Of a stretch of DNA of 64,000 bases, positions 16,966-26,724 are shown piece after piece; positions within the stretch are counted from its first letter, which is position 1; each line of letters opens with the position of its first letter. The stretch comes from Candidatus Dormiibacterota bacterium (lineage in GTDB: Bacteria > Chloroflexota > Dormibacteria > Aeolococcales > Aeolococcaceae), in the NCBI GenBank assembly GCA_963718525.1, contig OY970355.1:2656001-2720000 (forward strand), read 5' to 3'. The position numbers and the translations under genes were made by a program. Under the pieces are notes generated by a model. The model was given only the letters and a program-made list of their open reading frames with translations, was not told where the DNA came from and ran no database searches.

Positions 16966-18198
16966 GTGTCTGTGACCGAGTCGGTGCACACGCGCGCCCA
17001 CATCGACCTGGCGGAACGGGCACGCCGGGTGCTCCCGGGTGGCGCCACCCATGCATCGCGCACGTACGATCCGCGCATCTACGTGGCTCGATCGAGCGGC
17101 TCGAGGAAGTGGCTCATCGACGGTACCGAGCTGATCGACTACACAATGGGCCACGGAGCCCTGCTGCTCGGACACGCGCATCCCGTGGTGGTGCAGGCCT
17201 TGCGCGACCAGGTGGCACAGGGCACGCACTACGGGGCCGCCCATCCGCTCGAGGTCGAGTGGGCCGAACAGATCGTCTCGCTCGTCCCGTCGGCAGAGAA
17301 GGTGCGGTTCACCGCGTCGGGGACCGAGGCGGCGATGCTCTCTCTCCGGGTCGCGCGGGCCGCCACCGGCCGGGACCGCATCGTCAAGCTCCAGGAACAC
17401 TTTCACGGCTGGTCGGATGCGGTGACCCCCTTCCTCGACGGCGCCGGCACCATCCGGACGCCGGTCGGCGTGCCCGCTGCACTCGGAACCCTCACGACTG
17501 TCGTCCGCACCAACGACCCAGCAGATCTCGAAGCGACTGTGGCTCGCGGTGACGTCGCCGCTGTGATCATGGAACCATCTGGCGCGCACTACGGTCAGCT
17601 GCCGCTTGAGTTTGCGTTCATCGCCGCGGCGCGCGCCGCGTGCACGGCGAGCGGCACAGTGCTCATCTTCGATGAGGTGGTCACCGGTTTTCGCATCGCC
17701 CCGGGCGGAATGCAATCGACGCTCGGAATCACGCCGGATCTGAGCATCCTCGGCAAGGTGATGGCGGGTGGGCTGCCGGGCGGCGCGGTCGCAGGGCGGG
17801 CGGATCTGCTCGAGTTGCTGGCGACGACGATCGCGCATCCAGGCACCTTCAACGCCAACCCGCTCAGCGCCGTGGCCGGCATCACGACCTTGCGGTTGGT
17901 CGCCGACGGCTTCCCGCAGCGGACTACCGAGGCGTATGCAGTGACGCTCGCCGGAGAGTGGTCCGCAGTGCTCGCCGCCGCCGGCATCCCGGGAACCATC
18001 CGCCGCCTCGCGAGCATCCTCCATATATCCCTTGACGATCCCAAGGCACAGGCGAGGATCGCGAATGCGATCCGGGCCGAGGGTGTGGACGTCCTCAACA
18101 CGAGCGCCTTCTGCTCTTCAGTACACACGCTCGTCGACCTCGAACAGTCGATCGCAGCGTTCGCTCGAGCGATCGTCGTCGCGTCCACGCCCGGGTAG
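16966..18198 (+). CDS. Class III aminotransferase (glutamate-1-semialdehyde aminomutase-like)
   Basis: VRFTASGTEA, FHGWSD, IFDEVVTGFR, GKVMAGGLP, GTFNANPLS; TATCCT 6 nt before the GTG. Confidence 0.85.
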   Translation: MSVTESVHTRAHIDLAERARRVLPGGATHASRTYDPRIYVARSSGSRKWLIDGTELIDYTMGHGALLLGHAHPVVVQALRDQVAQGTHYGAAHPLEVEWAEQIVSLVPSAEKVRFTASGTEAAMLSLRVARAATGRDRIVKLQEHFHGWSDAVTPFLDGAGTIRTPVGVPAALGTLTTVVRTNDPADLEATVARGDVAAVIMEPSGAHYGQLPLEFAFIAAARAACTASGTVLIFDEVVTGFRIAPGGMQSTLGITPDLSILGKVMAGGLPGGAVAGRADLLELLATTIAHPGTFNANPLSAVAGITTLRLVADGFPQRTTEAYAVTLAGEWSAVLAAAGIPGTIRRLASILHISLDDPKAQARIANAIRAEGVDVLNTSAFCSSVHTLVDLEQSIAAFARAIVVASTPG

Positions 18199-18222
18199 CG
18201 CTCTGGCGGCCGGCACCCGCCC

Positions 18223-18864
18223 TTAGATGATCCCGTGGCGCTGCGCCCAGAGCGCAGCCTGCACGCGGTCCTCGACACCCAGCCGATCGAACACCGACCC
18301 GAGGTGCGCCTTGACCGTCTTCTCGCTGATTCCGAGACGCCATGCGATCTGCTTGTTGCTCATTCCCCGCCCCACCAGCGTGAGCACGTCGAGCTCGCGC
18401 TGGGTCAGATCGTCGAGCGGCCGGCGCTTGATGCGATCCCGCAGCAACTCCTTGGCAGCCTTTGGCGAGAGCGGCGTATCACCCTTGGCGGCGGAGCGGA
18501 TCCCGTTCAGCAGCTCCTGCGGCTCGGTGTCCTTGAGGAGGAAGCCGACGGCGCCATTGTCGATCGCCTCCACCACCATGTCGTGCTCGGAGTACGACGT
18601 GAGCATCACGACCTTGGTTCCGGCGACTGCCTTGAGCATCCTTCGGAGCGCCTCGAAGCCGTTCATGCCCGGCATGGAGATATCCATGAGCACGATGTCG
18701 GGATGCTCTTCGACCGCATACGCGACGGCTTCCTCTCCGTCGGACGCAGCACCGACCACCTTGATATCGGTAGTGCCGTTCAACAGGGAAGTCAGCCCTC
18801 GTCTCACCAACGGGTGATCATCGACGATGAGCACTCGAATGGGAGTGGGGTGCGTAACGTCCAC
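18223..18864 (-). CDS. NarL/LuxR family response regulator (no kinase adjacent)
   Basis: IRVLIVDDH, LMDISMPGMNG, LTQRELDVL...GMSNKQIA...TVKAH. Confidence 0.92.
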   Translation of the reverse strand: MDVTHPTPIRVLIVDDHPLVRRGLTSLLNGTTDIKVVGAASDGEEAVAYAVEEHPDIVLMDISMPGMNGFEALRRMLKAVAGTKVVMLTSYSEHDMVVEAIDNGAVGFLLKDTEPQELLNGIRSAAKGDTPLSPKAAKELLRDRIKRRPLDDLTQRELDVLTLVGRGMSNKQIAWRLGISEKTVKAHLGSVFDRLGVEDRVQAALWAQRHGII

Positions 18865-18900
18865 AGTTGTAGCCCAGCCTAACCGATATCTCTCACTCTG

Positions 18901-19050
18901 GAGAAAGAAGTCGGCGGTGGCACCGACCCAGCAGAACCGCGATACACCCGGTGCCGCGGGGAGGGGGAGCCCGCGAGGGTAAACCACTGAACTGGGTCGG
19001 CGCCCGCCCGCCTATCAGGGGGACTTGCGTTTTGAAAGAGGTGAATTCCC
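18901..19050 (-). ncRNA. Putative structured RNA with C-rich loop and U-rich tail
   Basis: 13-bp stem 18919-18931/18992-19004 (G-U wobble on the minus strand), inner CGCGGG/CCCGCG stem with C-rich loop, tail CTTCTTTCTC, upstream TATCGT. Confidence 0.4.
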
Positions 19051-19102
19051 GTCGCGACGATAGTCTGCCAACAGGTGTCCCGGCGCCGCTAGGTCGATCG
19101 TC

Positions 19103-20476
19103 TTAAGACCCGGGGTGGCGGCGAGACAGCTCCTCGCGATTGGCGGCGAGCCGGTCGGCGACCGCGCGCTCCGCTCCATGGGTCGACGGGTCGTAGTACT
19201 GGCGCCCGGAGAGGGAATCGGGCAGGTGCTGCTGCTCCACCACTCCGCCTTGGTGGTCGTGCGCGTACCGGTACCCCGTCCCGAATCCCATCGCGCGACC
19301 GAGACCGGTCACCGCATTGCGCAGATGCAGCGGCACCGGCTGATGCAGCGTTTCGGCCACATCCGCCGCCGCGGCGACATAGGCCCGAAGCACGCTGTTG
19401 CTCTTCGGGGCTGCAGCCAGGTAGAGCGCCGCCTCGGTGAGCGGCAGGAAACCTTCCGGCATGCCGATGAAATGCGCCGCCTGCTGCGCTGCAACCGCGA
19501 CGCTCAATGCCTGTGGATCGGCCAGTCCGATGTCCTCCGCGGCCAGGATGACCATGCGGCGGGCCACGAACAGCGGGTCTTCTCCGGCCTCCAGCATCCT
19601 CGCGAGCCAGTACACGGCGGCATCGGGGTCGCTGCCGCGGACGGATTTGATGAACGCGGAGATCAGCCAGTAGTGCTGATCGCCGGCGCGATCGTAGAGC
19701 AGCGCCGGGTTCTGCAGCGCACCTTCCACATCCGCGGCCGTGACCCGCACCACCCCCGCCGGATCCGGGATCGCGGCCTGGACCGCGAGCTCGAGCGAGT
19801 TGAGCGCAATCCGCGCGTCGCCACCGCAGAGGGACACGAGCCGGTCGACCGCATCCGCGTCGACATCGACGTGCTGACCGCCCAGCCCCCGTTCGGGGTC
19901 GGCGAGCGCCCGCTCGATCAAGCTGCGGAGATCCTCCGCCTCGAGCGCCTCGAGCCGGATCACCCTGCTGCGGGACAGCAATGCCGCGTTGACCTCGAAT
20001 GAGGGGTTCTCGGTGGTCGCCCCGAGCAGCGTGACCGTCGCATTCTCGACATGGGGCAGCACGGCATCCTGCTGACTCTTGTTGAACCGGTGGATCTCAT
20101 CGATGAACAGCACCGTGCGCCCTCCGGTGCGAAGGCGCTCGCGCGCTCGTTCAACCACCTTGCGCAGGTCGGCGACCCCTGCGCTCGTGGCGCTGACGGC
20201 CTCGAACGTTGCGTTGGTCGCGCCCGCGATCAGTGCCGCGAGCGTGGTCTTGCCGCTGCCGGGCGGACCCCAGAGTATGAGCGACGGGACTTCACCGGCA
20301 TCGACCGCACGGCGGAGCACGGTCCCGACGCCGATCGCGCGATGCTGTCCGACGAACTCGTCAAAGGTCCGTGGCCGCATCCGCGTCGCGAGCGGAGCGT
20401 GGCTCGCGGCAGGGTTCGGGGACTCAGCGCTGCCAGGGTCCGCACCGAAGAGCGAACGCTGCGCTGCCACCGGCAA
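19103..20476 (-). CDS. rarA: Replication-associated recombination protein A (MgsA/RarA AAA+ ATPase)
   Basis: PLATRMRP, WGPPGSGKTT, FIDEIHRFNKSQQD, GATTENPSF, SAFIKSVRGSDPDAA, PKSNS. Confidence 0.96.
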   Translation of the reverse strand: MPVAAQRSLFGADPGSAESPNPAASHAPLATRMRPRTFDEFVGQHRAIGVGTVLRRAVDAGEVPSLILWGPPGSGKTTLAALIAGATNATFEAVSATSAGVADLRKVVERARERLRTGGRTVLFIDEIHRFNKSQQDAVLPHVENATVTLLGATTENPSFEVNAALLSRSRVIRLEALEAEDLRSLIERALADPERGLGGQHVDVDADAVDRLVSLCGGDARIALNSLELAVQAAIPDPAGVVRVTAADVEGALQNPALLYDRAGDQHYWLISAFIKSVRGSDPDAAVYWLARMLEAGEDPLFVARRMVILAAEDIGLADPQALSVAVAAQQAAHFIGMPEGFLPLTEAALYLAAAPKSNSVLRAYVAAAADVAETLHQPVPLHLRNAVTGLGRAMGFGTGYRYAHDHQGGVVEQQHLPDSLSGRQYYDPSTHGAERAVADRLAANREELSRRHPGS

Positions 20477-20484
20477 GGGTTCGC

Positions 20485-21450
20485 TCAGCTGGAGGCCGGC
20501 GGCACGGTGACGACGGTCGGAGGCTCGAGGCCGGGCGCATCACCCAGCACACTTCGGAGCACCTGCGCCGCGCCGAGCAATCCGGAGGTCTCAGCGGGGA
20601 CGACGAGCTTGGCGTTGGGGCTCTCTGCGAACTTCGTCAGGGTGTCGAGCTGCAGGATCGCGACCAAGGTGGGATCCGGAGCCGCCGCCTTGATTGAGCC
20701 GTACACGGTCGAGATCGCCTGCGCGCGTCCTTCCGCTTCGAGGATCGCCGCCTGCCGGTTGCCCTCAGCGCGGAGGATGGCCGCCTGCCGCTCGCCTTCG
20801 GCCTGCTTGATGGCTGCCTGCCGGTTACCGTCCGCAATGTTGACGGCCGACTGCTGCTGACCTTCCGACTGCAGGATGCGGGCCCGCTTCTCCTGGTCTG
20901 CCTGCTTCTGGAGGGCCATCGCCTGGAGGATCTGCACCGGTGGGGAGATATCGACGATCTCGATCCGGTTGATCCTGATCCCCCACTTGTCGGTGACCTG
21001 CTCCATCTGCTGCTGCATCGCCGCATTGATCTGCTCGCGCGAGGAGAGCGCCTCATCGAGGCTGACGTTGCCGAATGCGTTACGAAGCGTGGTGCGCGCC
21101 TGCTGATCGATCGCGACGAGGTAGTCGGACACGTTGAACAGCGCCGCCCTCGGCTCGATGACCTGGCTGAAAATGGTCGCGTTGACCGCGACGGCGACGT
21201 TGTCACGGGTGATCACGTCCTGGCGATCTCCGGTACGTGGCGTCTCGCGCATGTCGACGCGGAGCAACTTGTCGATGAACGGCGTGATGATGGTCAGGCC
21301 GGCTTGCGATTCCCGCCGAAAGCGTCCAAAACGAGTGACCACGCCGGCGAATCCCTGCGGCACGACGCGCACGGCGCCACCGATAAGAATCGCGACCACG
21401 ATGAGCAGGACGACGACGATGATCGCCGTGACCAGACCACTGTTGTTCAC
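20485..21450 (-). CDS. SPFH/stomatin domain protein (QmcA-like)
   Basis: N-terminal TM, QDVITRDNV, KWGIRINRIEI, AEGxRQAAIL repeats; GGAGG RBS. Confidence 0.92.
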   Translation of the reverse strand: MNNSGLVTAIIVVVLLIVVAILIGGAVRVVPQGFAGVVTRFGRFRRESQAGLTIITPFIDKLLRVDMRETPRTGDRQDVITRDNVAVAVNATIFSQVIEPRAALFNVSDYLVAIDQQARTTLRNAFGNVSLDEALSSREQINAAMQQQMEQVTDKWGIRINRIEIVDISPPVQILQAMALQKQADQEKRARILQSEGQQQSAVNIADGNRQAAIKQAEGERQAAILRAEGNRQAAILEAEGRAQAISTVYGSIKAAAPDPTLVAILQLDTLTKFAESPNAKLVVPAETSGLLGAAQVLRSVLGDAPGLEPPTVVTVPPASS

Positions 21451-21454
21451 TGAG

Positions 21455-21913
21455 TCAGCCTCCCTTGGGGGGCGCGACCACAAGGGTGGTGCCGCGCACT
21501 TCGACGACGGTGACCTGCTGATGCGCGGGCACGCCACCGGGGTTGGTGGTCACCGCCAGCCAGCGTTCGTTGAACAGCCGCGCATGCCCTGGGTGGTTCT
21601 CGTCGCCGACCGGCTCGAGTGTCAGTGCCGGCTGCCCGACAAGATTGTCAGACGCACCCGGCATCGTCAGCTTTGGGCCCAGATGGCGGGCGGAAATCCG
21701 AGCCAGGGTCGGTCGAACCGCCATGGTCCCGACAATCGCCACGGCTGCGCCGACCACCGCCTGCACCCATACCTGCGTCGGGAACAGCGCGACGACCGTC
21801 GCTGCGAATGAACCCAGCGCAAGGAAGAGCGCGTAGAACGCCTGGCTGTGGACTTCGAGTCCCACGAGGACGAGGCCGGCGATCAGCCAGACCACCCACA
21901 TCCAGGTCAACAT
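21455..21913 (-). CDS. nfeD: NfeD family protein (short form)
   Basis: TM N-terminus, LVGQPA, ERWLA, VTVVEVRGTTLVV; standard partner of SPFH genes. Confidence 0.88.
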   Translation of the reverse strand: MLTWMWVVWLIAGLVLVGLEVHSQAFYALFLALGSFAATVVALFPTQVWVQAVVGAAVAIVGTMAVRPTLARISARHLGPKLTMPGASDNLVGQPALTLEPVGDENHPGHARLFNERWLAVTTNPGGVPAHQQVTVVEVRGTTLVVAPPKGG

Positions 21914-21942
21914 GCAGCGAGTGTACCCGGCTTATGAAGCGG

Positions 21943-22500
21943 CTACACAATCGAATCGACGGCCATCCTGGCCCCGGCGGCTCGGAGCAGCGCGAGCGCC
22001 ACCAGCCCGCCGAGCGTCGCCCACGCTGCCAGGCTGATCGCCAGCTGGCTGAAATCAGTTCCTGCCAGCTGTGCGTGGATCAGGAAAATCCCGAACATCG
22101 GGTAGCTCAGGCGATGGATCCAGCGCCACAGGACCGGCTGCATCGCGCGCCGGAGCGCCGAGCTCACGCCGATCAGGACGAGCAGCAGCAGCCCGATCGT
22201 GCCGAGCCCGATGGCGAGCTGTGAGCCCGCTCCTTCGTTGACGCGAAACGGCACGAGCAGGTCGAGCGGCGTGATCCGCGACGTCGAGTCGAGCAGGAGC
22301 GATGTGACGTGCACCATCACCAGTGGCACCCAGAACCAGGTGAGAAACCCATGCACCGCAAGCACGGCGCGGTTTCGTGCCAGTGGCGCGAGCAATGCCG
22401 TGCGTATCGCCATGCCGGTGAGAACCGACGCGGCAAGGATGAAGAATGCTGCAAGTGCCGCGGCGCGCGCGGCGTACCAGAGGATCAGGTCGGCGCTCAC
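21943..22500 (-). CDS. Ferric reductase-like (MsrQ-like) heme b membrane protein
   Basis: About 5 TM helices, two His pairs (VHGF...VMVH; WRWIHRLSY...LIH), GTD motif. Confidence 0.85.
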   Translation of the reverse strand: MSADLILWYAARAAALAAFFILAASVLTGMAIRTALLAPLARNRAVLAVHGFLTWFWVPLVMVHVTSLLLDSTSRITPLDLLVPFRVNEGAGSQLAIGLGTIGLLLLVLIGVSSALRRAMQPVLWRWIHRLSYPMFGIFLIHAQLAGTDFSQLAISLAAWATLGGLVALALLRAAGARMAVDSIV

Positions 22501-22501
22501 G

Positions 22502-23365
22502 TCAGGCTACCAGGGCGACGGCTGACGGCACGATCGCGTGGCAGGCGGCTCCACGAGCTTCGACCCACCCACGCGCGGCCGAGGGCCCGATCAGGCACCC
22601 GCCCTTGGCGAGCACGTCGGCGCGCAGCGCGTTCGCCGCGATCACCGAGAACGCACCGACCCCGGTGGTTGTCGGTGCGCCCGTGCGTGGGTCGATGAGG
22701 TGGTGCCCGCCCAGCCAGCGCCGGCGTGAAATCCCGGACGTAGCGATCCCTGCGTCGCACACGGTCACCGAGAGGCCGTCGCACAGCACGACGTCCCAAC
22801 CGCGCCGCTGTGGTCCTGCGCCCCTGGTCCGGATATCGCCGCCGAGATTGATCGCAGCGTTGTCGAAGCGCTCGCACAGGCGGTCGGCGAGCCATCCCTT
22901 ACCGACGCCGCCGAGGTCGATCGAGCACTCGTGAGTGAGGCGAGCCCAGCCGTCGCCCACCTCGAGCACGTCTGGGAGAGCCGGGACAGCCGTACATGGT
23001 GACGGGCGATTGCGCGCCATCGTGGCGGCGCGTAGCTCGGTGAAGGAACGGTCGTACCCGGCGTCCATGAGCGCCGGCAGGCAGGCGGCATTCACCAGCC
23101 CATCGCTGAGTTCGTACGCATCGAGACAGACCCGGAGCAGCTCGGCGAGGAGTGGTGACACCGCCACTCGGGCGCCTGCTCCGGTGTTGAATCGCGAGAG
23201 CTCACTGTCCGAGTCAAACCTGGTGAGTGCCTGCTCGAATGCGTGCGTGTCTGCGATGGTCGCTGACACGTCGTCCTGGTTTGACTCGCAGACGATCACC
23301 TCGCATCGGGCCCCGCCGAACGCGGTGAACACGTGGCGGATCGGCGGGTGGTGCACGCCGATCAC
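22502..23365 (-). CDS. apbE: FAD:protein FMN transferase
   Basis: TRFDSDSELSRFN, IDLGGVGKG, INLGGDI, ATSG, HHLIDPRTG; no signal peptide. Confidence 0.92.
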   Translation of the reverse strand: MIGVHHPPIRHVFTAFGGARCEVIVCESNQDDVSATIADTHAFEQALTRFDSDSELSRFNTGAGARVAVSPLLAELLRVCLDAYELSDGLVNAACLPALMDAGYDRSFTELRAATMARNRPSPCTAVPALPDVLEVGDGWARLTHECSIDLGGVGKGWLADRLCERFDNAAINLGGDIRTRGAGPQRRGWDVVLCDGLSVTVCDAGIATSGISRRRWLGGHHLIDPRTGAPTTTGVGAFSVIAANALRADVLAKGGCLIGPSAARGWVEARGAACHAIVPSAVALVA

Positions 23366-23835
23366 GACACGTACGTGCTGATGAGGGGGTTGGCCGACGG
23401 CGGCGCGGCGACGACCGATGGCACGATCGCGCTGCCCGCACCGGTGGCCGCGCTGCCGGCGCAGCTCGCCGCGGTGCCGTTGGTTATTCGCTGCAGCCCA
23501 TGCAGATACGCCTCAACGGCGAGCCGCTGCGACGCGGTCAGCGGGGCCAGGATGCTTCGTCGTTCGCTCGCGGTGTTCGCCTGGCGCAACTGCTGCACGA
23601 CAGGGAGCAACGACGGATCGAGCGCAGCAGACGAACTTCCCGCGTTGATGCCGGCTCCCCCGCAGGATGGTGGGATGACAAGCGCCGCGGCCTTGGTCGA
23701 CGAGCCGCTCAACGAGGGGCGCAACGGTGCCGCCGCCGGCTTCGGGTCGCTCGCCACCAGCACTCCGCTCACGCCACACACGGCGACTGCGCTCACACCG
23801 CTGACGATCTTGAGCGCACGCGTACCGAGTGTCAT
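23362..23835 (-). CDS. Secreted or anchored Ser/Ala-rich hypothetical protein
   Basis: Hydrophobic N-terminus; GTGA overlap with apbE; 3 nt from the DUF1501 stop. Confidence 0.75.
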   Translation of the reverse strand: MTLGTRALKIVSGVSAVAVCGVSGVLVASDPKPAAAPLRPSLSGSSTKAAALVIPPSCGGAGINAGSSSAALDPSLLPVVQQLRQANTASERRSILAPLTASQRLAVEAYLHGLQRITNGTAASCAGSAATGAGSAIVPSVVAAPPSANPLISTYVS

Positions 23836-23838
23836 TGA

Positions 23839-25074
23839 TCAGGCGGTCTGGATGATCGGAAGCTCGGGAAACGAAGCACCGAGCACCGAGGTTGGATCCG
23901 CCTGCAACCAGTCGCGAATGAGCGTCTGATACACGCTGCGAAAGTCGACGTTGTACTTGAGGTTCCCCGAGTCCACGGTGCTGGTCAGCGACGGTTGCTC
24001 ACCGAAGACCCCACCCTTGACCGGCTTGCCGACGACGAACACCGGGGCGGCCGCGCCATGGTCTGTGCCCTTGCCGCCATTCTCGGCGACCCGCCTGCCG
24101 AACTCCGACCAGGTCATGAGCACGACCCGATCGGCCATGCCGTGGTTGGCGATGTCCTGCATGAACGCGCTCACCGCACTGTCGACGTAAGCGAGCAGCG
24201 CGTGCTGGCGCGTGTCCTCATCCTGGTGCGTGTCAAAGCCACCGAGGACGACGTGACAGATCTTGACGCTCGGCTGAGTCACGATCATCTCCGCGGTGAG
24301 CTGGAGTGATGTCGCCAGGCTATTCTTGCTCCCGTACACGGTGCTCTGAGGTGTGTATGTCACCGACGGCGTGTACCGGGTTTGCAAGTCTGCGAGCGCG
24401 GCGATTCCATACTCCGCGGTCGACAGGGCCTGGTCGAACAGCGCACCGTAGATGCCCGGCGTCTTCGTATAGAGCGCGGGAGCTGCCACGCGGCGCCCGG
24501 CTCCGCCCTGCACCTGGTAGGCGGGAACGGAGTCGATGACGCTCACCGTGGCGCTTTGCGCGAGCAGCTCAGCGGGCGCGCTTGCTTGACCGAGTGCGCA
24601 ACCGGTGAGCGGATGTCCCTGCGAGTCGAGCTGGCTCGCGAGCAGCTTCCCGAGCCATCCCTCGGTCTGCTGCATCGTCGGATCCGCGTGCTCCCAGATG
24701 TACAGGCCCTCGAAGTGCGAGTACACGGGATTCGGATACCCCACGCCCTGCACGAGCGCGACCTCGCCGGCGTCGAAGAGCTTTTTGATGCCGGGCATCA
24801 CTGGGTTCAGCCCGACCGCCGCATTGAGAGGGAGCAGCTTGTCCGCGGGGATGCCGATGGTTGGTCGTGCCTGCAGATAGGCGGGATCCGCGAGGGGCAC
24901 GACGGTGTTCAACCCGTCGTTGCCGCCGCCGAGCTGGAGGATGACGAGCACGTGGTCGTTGTGCACGTCCTCCATGGTCGCGGCGAAGACCGACTTCGCA
25001 AAGACCGGCGGCACGATGATGCCAACGCCGGTCGCCGTGATGCCGCTCACCATGAAATCGCGTCGCGTGATCAT
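23839..25074 (-). CDS. DUF1501 domain protein (Tat signal)
   Basis: MITRRDFM; LGGGNDGLNTVVP, SHF, GGFDTH, SEFGRR...GTDHG, DFRSVY. Confidence 0.92.
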   Translation of the reverse strand: MITRRDFMVSGITATGVGIIVPPVFAKSVFAATMEDVHNDHVLVILQLGGGNDGLNTVVPLADPAYLQARPTIGIPADKLLPLNAAVGLNPVMPGIKKLFDAGEVALVQGVGYPNPVYSHFEGLYIWEHADPTMQQTEGWLGKLLASQLDSQGHPLTGCALGQASAPAELLAQSATVSVIDSVPAYQVQGGAGRRVAAPALYTKTPGIYGALFDQALSTAEYGIAALADLQTRYTPSVTYTPQSTVYGSKNSLATSLQLTAEMIVTQPSVKICHVVLGGFDTHQDEDTRQHALLAYVDSAVSAFMQDIANHGMADRVVLMTWSEFGRRVAENGGKGTDHGAAAPVFVVGKPVKGGVFGEQPSLTSTVDSGNLKYNVDFRSVYQTLIRDWLQADPTSVLGASFPELPIIQTA

Positions 25075-25084
25075 CTCGTTGGCC

Positions 25085-26533
25085 TCACTTGAGCTGAAAT
25101 TCGGGGCTGGCGAGCAGCGCGTACCACCTGTCGGCATCGCTCATGCTCGCGTTGAAGACCGCGGCGGTATCGGGGCCCACGACACCATCGAGCTGGGTGT
25201 GGACCGCGGCGATCGGATCAGGAAGGCTGTTCTGGCCGGCCACGGCGCCGGCCGCGAAGTTGAGCCGAGCCAGCCACGCTCCAGACGAAACCCATCCCTG
25301 GTTGGAGGGCCAGCCGGCCACCGTTGGCATGTCGTAGAGGATCTGGTCCATACCCGCGCCCGACTGAACGCCCGTGGCTGCAAGGGCGGGACGGTTGAGC
25401 GCCCGCATGGTGGCGACCATGAACTCCGCCGGACCGCGCACGAGGGAGCGGAACGCGCTCGGCGTCGTGAACGCCTCATCGGTGAACACGGCGCGCATCA
25501 ACGTCTTGATGTCGTAGTTGCTGCTCTTGAATTGTGTCGCGACGCTGTTGATGAGCTGGGCCGATGGATCGGGGGTGCAGAACTGCACCAGCGCACTGCG
25601 CGCGATGTGGGGCGCGCACGCAGGTTGCGACAGGATGATGTCGAGCGCCTGCCCAGGATCCAGGTTCCCGGTGTGGCCGAGAAACGTCTTCACGCCCGCG
25701 TCGTGCTGATTGGCTGCCAGGATGCCCTTGAACGTCGCGCCCTGGGCGATGAGCTGGTCCAGCGCCTGCGCGTACGCCGCCGGCGTCGAACCCTTGATTC
25801 GCGGCGCCTCGATCCGCCTGCCGCTCGCATCGATAAGGACCGTGCGGATCCCCGAGAACGCGCGCGCCCCCTCGCGGACATCGGTCTCGGTGTAGTTGCC
25901 GACGCCGAGCGTGAAGAGCTCCATGAGCTCACGGCTGTAGTTCTCGTTGGGGGCCGCGGCCGTGCTCTCCTCGAGGTCGAGGTAGCGGATCATCAGCGGG
26001 TCAAACGTGACCGCGTTGATGAGGGTGCGGAAGTCGCTCTGTCCGCTGGTCCGGTAGAGCTCGTTCTGCTGCAGTACCAAGGGAAGACGCGCAGCCTTCC
26101 GATAGTCGCTCGTGAGCAGCCCGTGCCAGAAGAGGGTCATCCGTTCGGGGAACTGCCCCGTCGTGGTCGCCATGTGCTCGTACCAGGCGCGGACAACAGC
26201 CTGATAGCTCGTCGGGTCGGCGACCTGGGGCAGTGGCTGCGGCTCCTGATTCACCACCATGTCGACCAGGTCCGTGTAGGACATCGAGGCCGCGGCATCA
26301 AGCTCCGCTGCCGTGTAGCCGAAGGTCGCCCTGCGGAGGAGGTGCGCGGCGAGGCCCCCCGGCGTTCCCAGGGGGCTCGTCCAGGCACCGCTCGCACCCG
26401 CCTCGGAAGCGACGGCTGGCGACCCGCCCGGAAGCTGCATCGTGAGGTAGCGGAAGCCCACCGCCCCGGCCATTCCTCCGGCGGCGATGCCGAGCACCTG
26501 GCGCCGGCTGAGCTTGGGGTTCGCACCACGCAT
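25085..26533 (-). CDS. DUF1800 domain protein (Tat signal)
   Basis: LSRRQVLG; HLLRRATFG, ERMTLFWHG, PNENYSRELMELFTLG, SPEFQ. Confidence 0.92.
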   Translation of the reverse strand: MRGANPKLSRRQVLGIAAGGMAGAVGFRYLTMQLPGGSPAVASEAGASGAWTSPLGTPGGLAAHLLRRATFGYTAAELDAAASMSYTDLVDMVVNQEPQPLPQVADPTSYQAVVRAWYEHMATTTGQFPERMTLFWHGLLTSDYRKAARLPLVLQQNELYRTSGQSDFRTLINAVTFDPLMIRYLDLEESTAAAPNENYSRELMELFTLGVGNYTETDVREGARAFSGIRTVLIDASGRRIEAPRIKGSTPAAYAQALDQLIAQGATFKGILAANQHDAGVKTFLGHTGNLDPGQALDIILSQPACAPHIARSALVQFCTPDPSAQLINSVATQFKSSNYDIKTLMRAVFTDEAFTTPSAFRSLVRGPAEFMVATMRALNRPALAATGVQSGAGMDQILYDMPTVAGWPSNQGWVSSGAWLARLNFAAGAVAGQNSLPDPIAAVHTQLDGVVGPDTAAVFNASMSDADRWYALLASPEFQLK

Positions 26534-26724
26534 GCCGGGCAGTTTCGGCAGCCCATCTGAGAATTACCCAGGGCTCACGTGCCTCCGAGGCATGTCTCAG
26601 CCAACTCTCAGCGCCGGATAGCTGACGCGAGCGCGTCGTCCGGCGCCTCCCCACACTCGGTAGACTGGAATCGAGCTGGCACGTCGCCCGCTGCATGCAC
26701 GTCAGTTTTCAAGGAGCACCCACG

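Noticed and set aside
16966-18198. Naming this gene hemL
   Set aside because: GSA-like motifs only; no tetrapyrrole genes nearby and a second GSA-like paralogue exists at 4884.
20700-20880. Repeated GCCGCCTGCCG units
   Set aside because: Encode the normal AEGxRQAAIL coiled-coil repeats of SPFH proteins.
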